Assembly (NCBI GenBank): GCA_013239625.1
Contig: MU053934.1
Coordinates: 8,329,352 to 8,393,351, forward strand
Direction of reading: 5' to 3'
DNA: 64,000 bases
DNA from: Lama guanicoe
Taxonomy: Eukaryota
The notes beneath the pieces were generated by a model. The model saw only the letters and a program-made list of their open reading frames with translations, made no database searches and was not told the DNA's origin. The translations under genes were made by a program, and so were the position numbers. This document shows, one piece after another, positions 12,800 through 26,100 of this stretch (the stretch's first letter is position 1; each line of letters begins with the position of its first letter).

Positions 12800-13470
12800 C
12801 TCTGCTCTCGCCCGGCTGGGACTCTGAGCAGCACGGCCCGTCTCTCCTTGAAGTGCTGGTGTCCTTGGCCCCGAGACACCACACTTGCCTGCTTCTTGCC
12901 TGCCTCCTTGGCCACCCCTTCTCTCTCCTTGGCTGGTGCCTCCTCATCCCCCAACCTGAACCTCCGCAGGCCCAGGGACTGGTCATTGGATTTCTTCTCT
13001 ACAAATTACACGCACCCCTGGTCATCTCTTCCCGCCTGGAGGTTCCAGCCCAGACCCCTCCCAGGGCCCTTCCCCATCCTGACTCATCCACCTGCCTGCG
13101 CAGCGTGTCCACCGCACGTCTAACTGGCCTCCAGATGCACAACGTCCCTGTCAACCCTGGACCCCGGAACCCATCCCCGCTGTTTCCACCACCCCTGGTT
13201 GTCCCAGCCCGAAGTCAAGGCCTCACCCCGGGTGCCTCTGCCCGCCCCACCCACATTCATGACTGCGGCGGCGCCTACTAGGATAAGTGAGAACTCCCGC
13301 CCCTAGTTCACAAGGCCTGCTCTCTTGGACCCCAGCCCATCTGCAGTTTGAATTTCTGTCCTTCGCCAGCCCCCGTGCTCTGCCCCCGCCCCGTTCTGCC
13401 TGCAGCGTGAACTCAATAGACCGGTTAGGTTCTGCGTAGCGCTCAGCATCACCTGACACCTGGCTGGTTT
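12800..13470 (+). mobile_element. Degenerate L2 LINE fragment
   Basis: C/T-rich L2-like phrases (TCTCTCCTTGAAGTGCTG..CCTTGGC, GACTCATCCACCTGCCTG). Confidence 0.5.
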
Positions 13471-14177
13471 GTTGTGTTTATCGGGAGGCAGGGATGGGTC
13501 CGCTTCCGCTCTGCCGAGGGACCATGCAAGACTTGCGGGAAGTTTCTTCTCACCCCCAGGCATCATTTTCTCCATCTGTAAAGTGCGTCTCCTGGTTCTG
13601 ACAGCTCTGGCTACAACTGCACTGAGGAAGTGGTTTCTTGTCACCCTTGGATTCGGACCCACCTGACACCGTCTTGCCTCCGCCCCTGCCCAGATGGCTG
13701 ATCCCTGGCAGCCGGCCCCCTCTCTTAGGGCCGGAGGGTCTCCATCCACGTCCTGGGCCTCCCAGACCACGTGCTGTCCCGAGTGTCCGCTCCCTGCCTG
13801 AATGTCTAGCCTCTTATTTTTCACAGGCTGTTTAACGTCAAGCCCGAACTCTGCGTCTGGAGCTACTCTACCGTCAGACAGAATTCAGCAAAGGAAGGGC
13901 CTTGAGAGACCGACAGGGCGGGAGCCACCTTCGGTCCCTCTGGACTGGCCTCAGCGACCCTTACAGCTAACAGGAAGCTTCCTGACCCAGATCACAGGCT
14001 GCCGGCCATGTCCCAGAGGGTTGGGGAGGTGGCCCCTGTCAGCCCGCTGTCCCCACAGCCTCGTGGGCGGCTGTCAGAGAGCCGTCAGCCTCTGGCAGCA
14101 CCAGAACGGCTAATCGGGAGCGGGCTTTCTGTGGCGCTCACGAGCTCTGTGCGCAGCCCGTCAGTGCTACCCGGGCC

Positions 14178-14321
14178 GGGGGCGGGGGCGGGGGCGGGGG
14201 CGGGGGCGGGGGCGGGGGCGGGGGCGGGGGCGGGGGCGGGGGCGGGGGCGGGGGCGGGGGCGGGGGCGGGGGCGGGGGCGGGGGCGGGGGCGGGGGCGGG
14301 GGCGGGGGCGGCGGCGGCGGC
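14178..14321 (+). repeat. Perfect (GGGGGC)22 hexamer tract followed by (GGC)4
   Basis: C recurs every 6 nt from 14183 to 14309, then GGC x4 to 14321. Confidence 0.97.
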
Positions 14322-17300
14322 GGTGGCAGGAGACGTGTGCGGAGCTCCAGAATCGGTGTTTGGCTGGAGAACGGGACAGCGGGATGCAATGGGCAGGGCC
14401 CAGCACCCTGGGACTGGGTCAGGGGCTGCTCGGGGGCTCAGCACGGCCTCCGAAGCTGGGGGCAGGCTGGGGGCCCCTCTGCACATGGGGACAGCATATC
14501 ACACGCTTGGTTCTCTGAAACCCCCTTCCGGGTGCACATTCTCACCTCACTTTCACAAGGAGTAACTGAGGCTCAGGCCAGGGGCCCAGCAGGGACTTAC
14601 TCAGGACGCTGGACTGAGGGTGCCACGACCCTCCTCCTGCGCCGTCGCTCCTGCCTCCCACTGCCCTCGGCCTGGCGGCATCTCCGAGGTCGTGCTCCTG
14701 AGACTCATTTGTTCCTTCCATCTGGATTTTTGTTTGCTTAAAAAAAAAAAAAGAAACCTTTTTGACTGAAGTATAACACACACACAGAAAAGTTCACAGA
14801 ACAGTTCACAGAACATTAGTGTCCAGCTCACGGGAGTTTTCCAAACTGAGCGCCTCCACGTGGACACCCCCAGGCCGAGGAACAGGACACTCTAGGTGTC
14901 ACCAAGGCTCACTCATGTGGTAGCCCGGGTCAGCAGTCCCTTCCTTTTTGAGGCCGAACAGCATGCCATCCTGTTTTGCTCCTGACGAGGGAACGAGGCC
15001 GCTCGGCATCACAGTGCTCCACCAACCTGATGAGCGCTGAGAACGTGCCAGGCGCCATGGGGGTGGGGGAGGGCGCCGGTGAGAGGCAGACGCTGTGCTG
15101 CCCTGTGATCTGGGGACAAGAATGGACACTTTGCTGTGGGCTTGGCATCAGGAGATGGGTTAATACAGGACGGCGCTGAGCCAGGGCGGCACACAGCAAG
15201 CACTCAGGAAGTATCCAAAGTTACTGTATGTGCCGCGTGGTCTGGCAGGGCGTCTGGGCGCCCAGCCCGTGCTTGGCATGGAGGATGCCCACGACATGCC
15301 TGCGGTGAGCAGCACACCACGTTACCCGGCGGAAAGTCAACCAAAGGCTTGATTCACGTCCCTCATTTCACTCCCATCACCTCTGCAGGGGTGGCCTGCT
15401 GAGCCCATTAGACAGATGAGGACACAGAGGCAGGGAGGTGAAGTGGGCTGCTGGTGGTCTGAGGTGCAGGCCTGGCTCCTCTGAGTCCTTTTCTTGCCTC
15501 CTGGCCCCATATCCCCACCCAGAGGCGGCCAGCACTTGGAGGAGAGGGGTAGGGCACACAGAAGGAGGAGGCGAGACTGTGCACCCACCCACACAGCCCT
15601 GGCTGCCGCCTCTTCCATCTATGTTAGAAGCTGGGATTCAGGGGTGTGGGTGTTGGCCCGGGGCTCAGCGGCCCATGTTTTGCTTCCAGAAGTTTCTAGC
15701 CCTTGCCCAGGCTTTTGGCTAACCTGGGGGAGCTCAGTAGAATCTGGCCTGGCTGCGGGGAGAGGGCTCAGTCTCTGAGCAAGGGAAGAGGCTCAGAGTC
15801 TCCCAGGGACCCGTGGGCACGGAGGCCCCGAGGGGCTCCAGGTTGGCCGAAGCCAAGGCTCATGCGTCACTGCGCGATGAGTTGGAAGGTCCTGGCTCCC
15901 CTGTTGGGGGCTGGGGACAGCTCCGCGCAGTCTGAGAGCTGGGCCTCCTGGCACACTTTGCGGTGAAGGGAGTGGAGGCTCAGGAAGGTGGCCCAGGCTG
16001 GGGGCCACACGGCCGGTGAGAGACGAAGCTGCCCACAGCGCCCCGGCCTCTGGGACGACCCCTGGCTGAGACAGGAGCCATGGCCCCGGGGCCTGGCCAG
16101 TGGAAACAGATGGAAGCAGGAAGGAGGCTTGGCAGGCAGACGCGAGGCGGGCTGGCTGTGGCGTTACCTGGGGTCCTGTTAAACTGGAAGTGGCAAGTCA
16201 CAGAGTGAGGGAGCAGATGGCAATTTATTTGCTCCTCTGGATAGGAAATCCATCCAGCACGCGCAGGCTCCCTCACCGCTGAGGCTCACAATTCATGGGA
16301 AGAAATAAAAACCATCTGAGTTCTTCTGCCAGGCCCCTGGGGCCTGGGGGCCATGGACCAAAAATGCAGGCAGGGTTGGGGTGCAGGAGGGCTGCCCGGG
16401 GCAGGGAGGGGGCAGAAAGAGCGTCCCCTGTGCAAGGTGTGGGGAGCGAGCTGAAGGCTAGCCTTGAACCTGCAGCCCATAGATCACATCCCCTTCCCGC
16501 AGACAGTGCCCCCTTCCCACTGTGCTGACGGGACCCTGCCCTGGGCGTCGGCACCAGGAGTCACTGGTGTGATATTGGTGATAATACTCAGGCCTCTCCA
16601 TACTCAGGCCTCTCCGGGTGGATGGTTTGAGGCTCTGGGAGGGAGTGATGGATCCAATGAGCAGAGACAGTGCCAGGTGGAGCTCTCTGGTCCGCTGACG
16701 CAGGGTTCAAGGTGAAGGAGGAGTTAAAACCCAAAGTCGCCAAAGCTTAGCGCCTCCCCAAGGAAAGGTTTCCTCACAGAGCTGTGATATGTGGCTCCCC
16801 TGGCTTAACTGCCCCCCCCACTGCCCCAGACCCTCAGGCTCCTGTCTGGCCACCTGCCCTCCCCGGCTGGAATGCCATCCCACAGCTCCGCCCAGCTCTG
16901 CGGAGTCCTCCTTGTCAGGCCCCCTCTGCAAAGCATCACCTCCCGGGGAGGCCGTCACCCTGTCTCCCTTTTCTCATCATCAGTCTCTCTGTCCCTCTAC
17001 TGATGTGCTCATTTGTCATGTGGGTGCCCCCGGCCCCCAGCTGCAGTGCAGAAACTCCCTGAGGGCGGGGTTTTATCTGTCGTGGGGGGTGCTAATACCT
17101 AGCCCGGCCTGGCCCATAGCAGGTGCTCAGAACGCCGCCGGGATGAGTGAGGGTCTAAGAGCGGAGATGCTGAGACCAGCTCGAGGGTCTCCTTCTCGCA
17201 CTGTGATGCCGGCCGGAGCTGGACACCCCAAGTCGGAGGCCGGATGATGTGCCTGCTTGGAAAGTGGTGCACGTGAGAATCTGGGGTTCAGATCCCACCT

Positions 17301-20014
17301 CCACTGGTCACTTGCCGAATGGCCGTGGGTCAGTTACAGACATGCCTGCCTCGGTCTCTCCAGCTGTGTTATGGGGCAGCAAGAACAGCTCTTGCAGGGC
17401 CCCCCGGGCCAGCGCGGCTCCCGGTGCCAAGCACCGCCATTTAATTTGCACAGCGACTCGATACATTTATTGCCCCCATTCTTCAGGTGGGAAAACTGGT
17501 GTCCAGAGACGTCGTCACCTGCCCCAGGTGACAGAGATGGTGAAAGGCCCAGCCAGGACTATCCTGCGAAAACACCATGTTTGAGAGCCTGTTTTGCTGA
17601 CCTTTGCAAATGGGATCTGGGAGTGGGTGCAGTTTCTGGACCATTGCCTAACGTTGCCTGGAAGCTTTAATCCAAACGTTCAGTTGTGTTTCACCAGAAA
17701 TCTGCTTAAGCCCAGCTTTGGTTTCAAACATTCTACGGAGCCATTTCTCCATGTGATTTCATATATATATATATGAGTATATGTGTATTTTTTTCATGTC
17801 ACAAATATTGATATGCCTGGCCATTTTGGTTTTTATTTTATTTTTTTCTTTTTCAAAATAAAATAATAAATCTATAATTTCTACTCCCCCCCCAAAAAAA
17901 GCCAGGGCCACACTTGACTGAGCAGCCTGGATCCGTCTCTTTGTCCCTGTGCCTTGTGAGGTACAGGACACCGGGATGGACTCAAACACCGGAGGGACAG
18001 AGCTGGGGGTGAGGGGCACAGGACTGGAGGCTCCGGTGAGGGAGGAAGGAGGGTGAGGTGACAAGCCGGGAGGAAGGCTCCACTGCCTGGTTCTTCCCCA
18101 GAGGCGCACTGTTTCCCGTGTGTCCATCCGCCCTGAGAGGCCGCCCAGAGCTGACCATCTGCTGGAACCACTGGCTGCCACCCCTGATCCCCACCAGGTG
18201 CCTGCTGGGTCCGCCTCTCTCTCCAGCTCTCAGCTTCCCAGCCCCACCTCTGCAGCCAAGTGCCTTGCCACCCTCACTTGGGTCCCAGGTGCTCAGAGGG
18301 AGCAGCCACCAGCAAGGACCCGTTCTCTTGAGAATCCCAAACCCCATCGGAGCAAGACTTGGCCTGTCGACCTGCCTCAACCCCTCCCCACAGGAGGCTC
18401 CGTGGAGGGTGAGCCGGCAAACGGCGCGCCGGCACAGAACAGAGGGGTTGGCCCATATGCTGGCAGAGAAACCCCATCATCAGGGTTACCCACCAGGAGC
18501 CCGGGGTGCCTGGAGGGCCCGAGAGGGCCCAGAGTATCTCCCTGGGGACCAGCAAGAGCCCAGGGGTGTGAGTGTTTGGGGGGACCAGGCTCTCCCATGA
18601 AGTGTGGGGCCTCCACCCCAGCAGTTAGATCCAGTCAGGCCCCTGCTGGTCCCTAATGTGCTGTGTGGCTTTGGGCAGGGTGGCTCCCTCTCTGGGCCAC
18701 ATCTCCAAGACTGGAGCTGATGGGCTTGGGAGGCCCTGGAGGGGTAGCACTTCTTCTTACACAGGACCATTTCCAGGGAGCGCTCTTCACCAGGAACCCA
18801 GAACAAACCCTCGTGCCGACTCTTCATCTGTTCATCAGTGCAGCCTGCAGGAGTCACTACCTTGGCCATCAAAGGCCCCGTGTCTGGAGGAGGAAACAAC
18901 ACGGATACAGCACATCCCCCCACCGGCTGTTCACTGACATCTCTGCGGCTCGCTCGTCCAGCCGTTCCCCGAGGACACGGGAACTTCTAGCCTGTGCAGT
19001 CACCGTGTGAGTGTGAGTCAGCGCGGGAAAAGGCCCTGTGGGCACGGGGCCTGTGAGATGTGCCGGGAAGAAAGCATCCTGAGGGCTAAGAAGCCGTGGC
19101 ACCTCACCCCCTCCCCGCCCTGTGCCTCCCTCGGGGGCCGCAGCGCACCTTCAGCGACGCGAGGGCTCACCGTCCCAGTGGGAGCGTCGGCTCACGAGGC
19201 CTGAGCTTTGCCCCGAGGATGATGACAGCCTTGGGAGACTGTTCTGAGGGGCTCAGCCGCAGGGCCGACCAAGCCCTGGGCCCCGGGCCTCCACACAGCA
19301 GGTGTCCAAGAGCACTGAGTGAGGTCCTGAATGAAGGAAGCCGTGTTTACTTTCCAATGAACATCTGTTACAATACCATCAAAACAGAGTTCTGTAAACA
19401 CATTTTGATCAAAGCTGATGGAACCTAAGCCCATTTGTTGGGAAGCGGAGGCCAGAAGCCAGGCTGGACTGTGGCTGCAAGCAGAGGCACCTTTAAGGAT
19501 GCACAGCAGAGCTCGTTGGTTCCCCTCAGACTCTGTCCGTGGTTCCCTAACCCCCCCAACCCCAGGAGAGCCAGGCCCTCCACCTGGAAGTGTAACCCTC
19601 ACCCCTTCCCCACCAACGCCAAATCAAGCCACCTGTTCTTCCTCAGTGCTAGTGGGACCTGGGTCAGGGTCATAGATCTGGGCAATGAGGGATGAATAGG
19701 AGTTTGTCAGGTGAAGAGATCGAGGCTCTTCCCAGGTGGAGGGAAGAGCAGAAACACTGATCTGAGGGGATGTCTCTTCTCCCACCAGCTTGTGAGGCAA
19801 CATGAGGGAGGCATCAAGCTTATTCACGATGGGCCCAGCACCCAGGGACACAGGGGACCCTTGCAGTGTGAACATCAGTGGGAGAATGAACGGATGCATG
19901 AAATACACAAGTGGCCTAAAGTTACCCAAAGAAAAGAAGCCGGTCAGTGCGGGAGGGACACCAGGACCCGGGTGCAAGTCCCACCTCCAGCTCTATGTGC
20001 AACACAGTCCAGGT

Positions 20015-20150
20015 AACCAACCTTCTTGGAGCTTCGGTTTCATCACCTGTAAAGTGGAAATGACCATTCTTGCTCTACCTGCTTCCTTGGGGTGGTGGGA
20101 GGATTGAATGAAAGCAAGAATGAGAAAGCACTGCTAAACTGTAGAGTGCT
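20015..20150 (+). mobile_element. MIR SINE
   Basis: AACCTTCTTGGAGCTTCGGTTTCATCACCTGTAAAGTGGAAATGA..GAGGATTGAATGA. Confidence 0.7.
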
Positions 20151-23100
20151 GTGCCTGGGTAGGGAGCATGGCTCAGACAGCTGAGCTTCGATGGCCAGGC
20201 ACCAGGTGCACGGGGCCCTGGGTCTGACGCCCGCCGAGTGGGGCACACCCCAGCTTGCTTGCACCCTGGGCCTCCATTCCAGCAGGACCTTCAAGCTCAC
20301 TTGGGGTCAATGGTCAAGCCTGGGTGTGAACCAGGCCAGTGGGAGTGGCTGGCTCCCTGAGCTTCCGGTGGGCGAAGCAGACAGAGTTCTTTGTGCAAAG
20401 AAGCTTCCAGAACCTTCCTTCTTCCCTTTCCTGCTCCCAGAGCTCGTCTGAGACCAGGGCCCTGAAAATCCCAGAACTGGGTGCTGGGGGAGGCCGGGCA
20501 GTGTGCGGGCATGCTGGGCAGGGTGTGCGCTTGTGAGAGAAGCAGGAGCCTTTCCTTTCCTGGATCAGCTCACTCCAGACCCCAAGCCCCGCTCTTCCCG
20601 CACCCGGCGCTTGGTCGTGTTTCCCTCTGAGTGGCAGCCCTGGAGCCCCAGAGCCCCTCCTTCCTGCCCCCGGCTGTGGCAGACAGGCCAGACGGCCCCC
20701 GCGCTGCCCCTGTGCAGCATTGGGGGTCCCGGAGCTCCCTCCCAGCACCCCTGCGCTGCCATGAGCTGGGCCTGCACGGGAGCCCTGGGGACCAAAGGGC
20801 AGAATTTGGAAACAGTCAGCCCTGGACTAGCCCTGACCCTGCTCCGTCCTAGACTAGGTCCTCCCCACCTCACCCACCCGCTTTCCTTCCAGCCCCTGCT
20901 TTGCGGGGATGGTGGGCACGCAGGCCTGGGGTCCAGGTTTCCATAGCAACTGTGGCACGGAGGAGACGCGGGCTCAGGCCACAAGAGGCCGGGGGCTGCC
21001 TCTTGTGGCCCAGCGGCTGAGCTCTCCTTTCAGCCCCTCTGGGCTTTGGTGCCCCGCCCTCCATGCTCCTGTTTGCCACTCCGGGTGGTGAGAGAGTGGA
21101 ACAGGTGCAGGAGGCCGAAGCCCCAGCCCCAGACAACTGGCGGCAGCCCCGAGGGTGGGTCCGCCTGCATCAGGGCTGGTCTGCCACGGGCTGGGGCGCG
21201 CTGTGCGCTCAGGGGCAGGCCCGTTGGGTGCTGTCAGGGAGGATGCCTGGGACCCCCAGTCTGGTGCCTGAGCCCCTGCCCTCCGTCCACCCTGAGTCCC
21301 AGCACCCAGCGGAGGCCTTGTGGGTCAGAGGGTGCACAAGATGCAGAGAGCCTCAAAGAGTGGGAAGCCCAGAAGGATGAGCCCCTGGAGTCAGGGTAAC
21401 ACCCCCATGCGCACCTCCACCCCCACCTTCTACCCTGGACTTTGCAGACTCGAGAGCCCACTGTCTGGGGGGCGAGTGACACTGGCTCTGCTTCACAGGT
21501 GCAGACGTGGGGGCCCCGAGACGCTTCAGGTCTGGCCGGGGGCCTGCCTTGGCTCCAGGGCTCCAGGGCCCTGGCGACTTCAGAGCTGACCTCAGCTCTC
21601 AGGGGACATGGCCGGGGCTCAGCGCCACGTCCTTCAGACTTGATGAGTAGACACTGTTGACAGGGCAAGGAGACCAGACATCCCCAGAGTCCCAGGGGTC
21701 ACTGCCTCATTTTGACCTTGGCCACAGCACCTGGGGGAGGGGCAGGAGCCAAGTGCACCCCGAGGGGTGAGGTGGTGTGGATGCAGAGTGGCTGGTCAGT
21801 GTAGATGACGTCCCCAGAGGGCTGGCTGGAAGAGGGAGGAGAGAGACACTGTGTGGGAGGGTGGGGGTCCTTAATCTGGGGATCCCTGAACACGGCTGTA
21901 GGGAGTGGACAGAGCTGGGACATGAGTCGGGGGCCCTTCCCTCTCCGTCCCCCAGCCCTGTGCCTGCCCCGCCCGGCCCTGGTGTCTGACACCCTCCATC
22001 CTCCTGTCCTACCAGTCCCAGGTGACCCCTCCCAGGGATTTGCTCTGATTTGCCGTCAGTTCCACCGTCTGGCATCCGCGGTCCAGCGCTTCCACGTCCC
22101 CGGGGAGCTCCTGTCACGAAGGGGGAGGCTGCATGGGGTTGAGGTTCGGGAGACAGAAGCTGCTAGATTCAGCTCGATTTGTCCCCAGATTACAGAGAAG
22201 GGAAAACAGAACGAAACAGCCCCATGGCGGGGGGTGGGGGTGGCGAGCCTGGCTGGCCCAGAAGCCGGTCTCCTGCAGATGATGGTGAGGGGGAGGGGGA
22301 GGGGCCCAGCTCCAGCCCGAGGTCCCCACGGGCCAGCAGCTGCCCTGCCCCGGCCCTCCTGGCCACCAGCCCTTGCCTCAAGCCCTTCTCAGCTCTCCCC
22401 CAGGGCTGCACGGAGAAGAAATTTTTCTAATAACCTTCGCCGTCTCCGACTTCTATCATCCAGCAGCGGCTTTCAAGATTTACTGGGATTTCCCCCGACA
22501 TGGTTTGACAGTTTCTTTGAGGAATTGGACAGTTTACCCGCGGAACTCAATTTATCTGCGAGCGGCGTGCTCCGGTCCCCGTGCCACCAGGCACTTCTTC
22601 ACGCCAGCTCTCGGGGACAAGCCACACGCCGGCTCTGCTGTTGACAGGCTAAGTGGCCACCCGGCCTGGGGAGCCAGCTGGGGCGGCCGTGCCACGGCTA
22701 GAGGCTCCTCTGAGGATGCCTGGGAAGCTGTGGTGTACGATCTTGTTCTCTCAACAGGGCCTGGGGAAAAGCAACTCTGAGGCCGACTCAGAGACGGACA
22801 CGACTTCCCGGGGAGACGAGAGCTGAGCCCCAGCCCCGTGTCGTGCGGCCTCGCGGGGAGGAGTCTTTCCCGCTCTCGCGCACGAACAGACAGAACAGAA
22901 GTGGTCTTTGGAAAGCAGGGATGCGGCTGGGTTACGAAGGGTGAGGCTCCGGCTCCTGTCTCAACACCCAGAATATCCATTTCCCCCGTTTCCCCTCTGA
23001 ACACTCACCAGCTCTGCCCCACTCGCAACACACGGCACAGGTCACACATCCTTCGCCCTGACGCCTCCCTCCCTCGGCCTGTGCAGCTCTCTGGATCCTG

Positions 23101-26100
23101 GGGAGCAGGTGCACGCCCTGCTTCTGCAGCCCAGGAAATTCCCTCTGTCCCAAGCTCAGCTCTTGGGTTGCCTCTTAGGGGAATACGGCCTGACCCCCTT
23201 CCCCTCTCCCTCCTCCAGATTCTCAGCCTTGTGGTGAGCTCGGGGAGTACACTGCATGCGTGCCAAGTGCCTGCTGCTTCCCCCTCCAGGCGCATCATCC
23301 CTGCCTCCACCGTGACAGCGAGGCAAGTACAAGGAAGATGTGTGCTCAGCATCCCATTCTGAGCCCCTACTATGTGCCAGATGCTCTAAGAGCTGGGTCT
23401 GCAGCACAGCAAGGCAGACCTGCCAGGCACTCCCTCCCTGAATATGCCTCTCTGAGCCCAGAGCAGATGAGCAAGGTCGCTGAGGCCACCTCTCTCTGGA
23501 GTCAAGTGACAGGCCCTGGGGATGGCGGGCGGGTGAGGTAGCCTCCTCTGCCTGGTCACACACCGTGTGAGCCCCCAGCCCCTGCTGTCCCTCGGGTCTC
23601 CTGCTATAGGCTGCAGGGCCAGGTGCCAAGGCCACAGAGAAAAGGCAGGCTCTAGCGAGCCCTGTGGCAGCAGACGCCCAGTGCTGGCATCTGTCACTGG
23701 GAGAAGAAGGGCAGGTAGGAAGAAAAGATATAGAGGATGGGAGATGGAGGGAGAGGGGCATGGAGGGAGGGAGGGAGGGAGGGATGGGAGGAAGCAGGCA
23801 GAGGGCCAGGGGAAAAACGCTTGGGTAATTCTTGGAGGAAAGATCTTCGTTCTCATGATGATGGCCATGAAAACTCCCCTTTAGAGTCTTGCTGGGGATC
23901 CTGGCTCTCTGCACCACCCTTTCTCTACTCTTGGGGCTGCAGAAGGAGGTGCTGTCTGGCCAAGGTCTTCAGAAAAGCTCCAGAATCCTCCAGGGGCCAG
24001 GATGATGGTGTGTGTAGAGTCTTGGAGCCTGCCAGATCACCCCACCACCGACCTGCCCCCCAGGCCCAGGGAGAGACAAGTGGGCCCAGAAGCCCCCCGG
24101 GGGGGGGAGTGGGGGCAGCAGTCACCAAAAGGAGAAAGCGCCAGGACAGTCCAGCTCAGCTCCACGCTCCATGTGCACAGCGGTGGTGGGGGTGGGGGTC
24201 CCTCTGGCTTCTCCGGCCCTGCTCCCTCCAGATGCCACGTGCTCTTCTCCACTGAAGGTCGGGTGGCATCTATGGACACACACACAGAGAATTCTGCCGA
24301 CCTCCCAAGGCCTGGCTCCGGGAGTGCCCACGGGGCACTCCAGCCGGGCCGAGGCTGACCCAGCAGAAAGATGCAGACCTGGGCTTGGCCGGGACGAGCG
24401 ACCTCTCTGAATTTCACATTCCGCAGCTGCAGAATGAGATAAGCCAGACCCTCATGGCGTCGTGTGAGCCTTGAGGGCCTCCCGTGGGAGTGGGAGTGTC
24501 TGCTGCGTGGAAGCTTCTGGTGCTTCCGCTCTTCCTCCTGGGCGGCGGGGAGGACTGCAGGGAGCCAGATGTCCGCACGTGGGCGGGCCTCAGTGCCCCT
24601 CGGCAAGAGCACTGTCACTCCAGCGCTTTCCTTGCACGGACTCAGGCAGGGGTCCCCCAGCAAACAAAGGTGCTTCCAAATGGATGTCGAAGTTACAGAA
24701 GCACTTTGAACAATGTTCAAAGGAGGTGGCCCTCAACCTGGTGTGAGCAGGGCAGATCCTGATCTGGCTGGGCCTCGGGGGTCAGAGACATGGGTTCAAA
24801 TCTCAGCCCCACCTCAGGTACCCATGGGACCCTGAGCCATAGAGAATGAACCAAGACTGTGTGTAGAAGGACCCAGCGTGGTGTGTGACATGGGGTGGGC
24901 GCCCCACGGACACGTGTGCCTCTCCCTGCCCCTAGCACCCAGGGCGAGGCGCCTGGCTCTGCTCGACGCTGAGGGTGCCCAGTGCACAGGGCAGCCCCAG
25001 CCCCACCTGCAAGGGGCGAACAGACCAGGGAGGGAGATCATAAATCAGTAATAAGTTAGCCACACCCGCGTGATGACCGACGCATTTATCAACGACACAC
25101 ATTTCTTCAACAAATATTTACTGAGCACAGGCTTTGTGCCAGGCACTGATCTAGAAAATAAAAATGGCTGACATGTCTCGTACACTTGCTTCATACTCAG
25201 GATTGTACCTCAGTCACCCCACTTAAGTGTCACAAAGTCACAGCAGGCCCATTTTGCAGATGGGGAAATAGAGCCCCAGAGCATACCTCGCATGCTGTTA
25301 GGTAGTGATGGAGCCTGTGTTCATGTCGGAAGCTGCCTCCTGCTGGATACTGAGTGTTCTCCAAGGGCCAAAGATAACGTGGTCCCTGTCCCCGTGGAGC
25401 CCAAAGTCTAGTGGGGGGGTGACATTAATCATGTGTTCCCATTGCTTCAGGGGTTGGGAAGGAGAGGGGCACAGCAGGTCATCTGCCACAAGGGATTCCC
25501 AGGTGGGTGAGATCAGGAAGGGCTTCCTGGAAGAAGTGATGCTTGAGCCAAGATCTGAAGGTCAATAGAAGTTAGCCATGTCCAGGGGAGAGAGAACGTA
25601 CCTATTCTGCTAACACTACTTATCCTTTAAGAACCAGACTGCCTCCTCCAGGAAGCTCTCCCTGCCCTCTCCCAGGCTGGGCTCCCTTGTTACAACTGCA
25701 CATCTCTGTCTCAGGGGGGTCTGAGCTCCCTCCGGGCTGGGAGCTGCTGCAGGGCAAGGCCCAGGCTGACTCCTCTGGGCCCCCGATGTCGCCCAGCCCG
25801 GGCGCAGCAGTCACAGCGGGGCCAGGGGATAGCAGGTATGTGAGGGCCGAGGGAGGCACAGCCAAGGGCTGATTTGTCTCACGGTGCCAGCTGTGGAGGT
25901 TGAGATGCTCACAGGAGTTCTAGGGGCCCAGGCTGCTCTGGAGAGTTTTAGGCCAGTAACCCGTTTGCCCTTGACTGGCCTCTGATGTTGCTCTGAGTCC
26001 AGGGCTGAACAGCTGGACAGGTGACGTCCTCCTTTGCCCCCAGGAAAGGCCGGAAGGAGCGTCTCTCCAGGCAAGGCTTGCAAACCTGTGCTTCGGGGGA

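Noticed and set aside
12259..13281. 340-aa ORF, the longest in the track
   Set aside because: Non-ATG start, Pro/Ser/Leu-rich with no recognisable domain, overlaps an L2-like relic; expected by chance in GC-rich DNA.
14008..14565. ORFs with poly-GA, poly-PA, poly-P and poly-PR
   Set aside because: They are translations of the hexamer repeat; no supporting gene structure.
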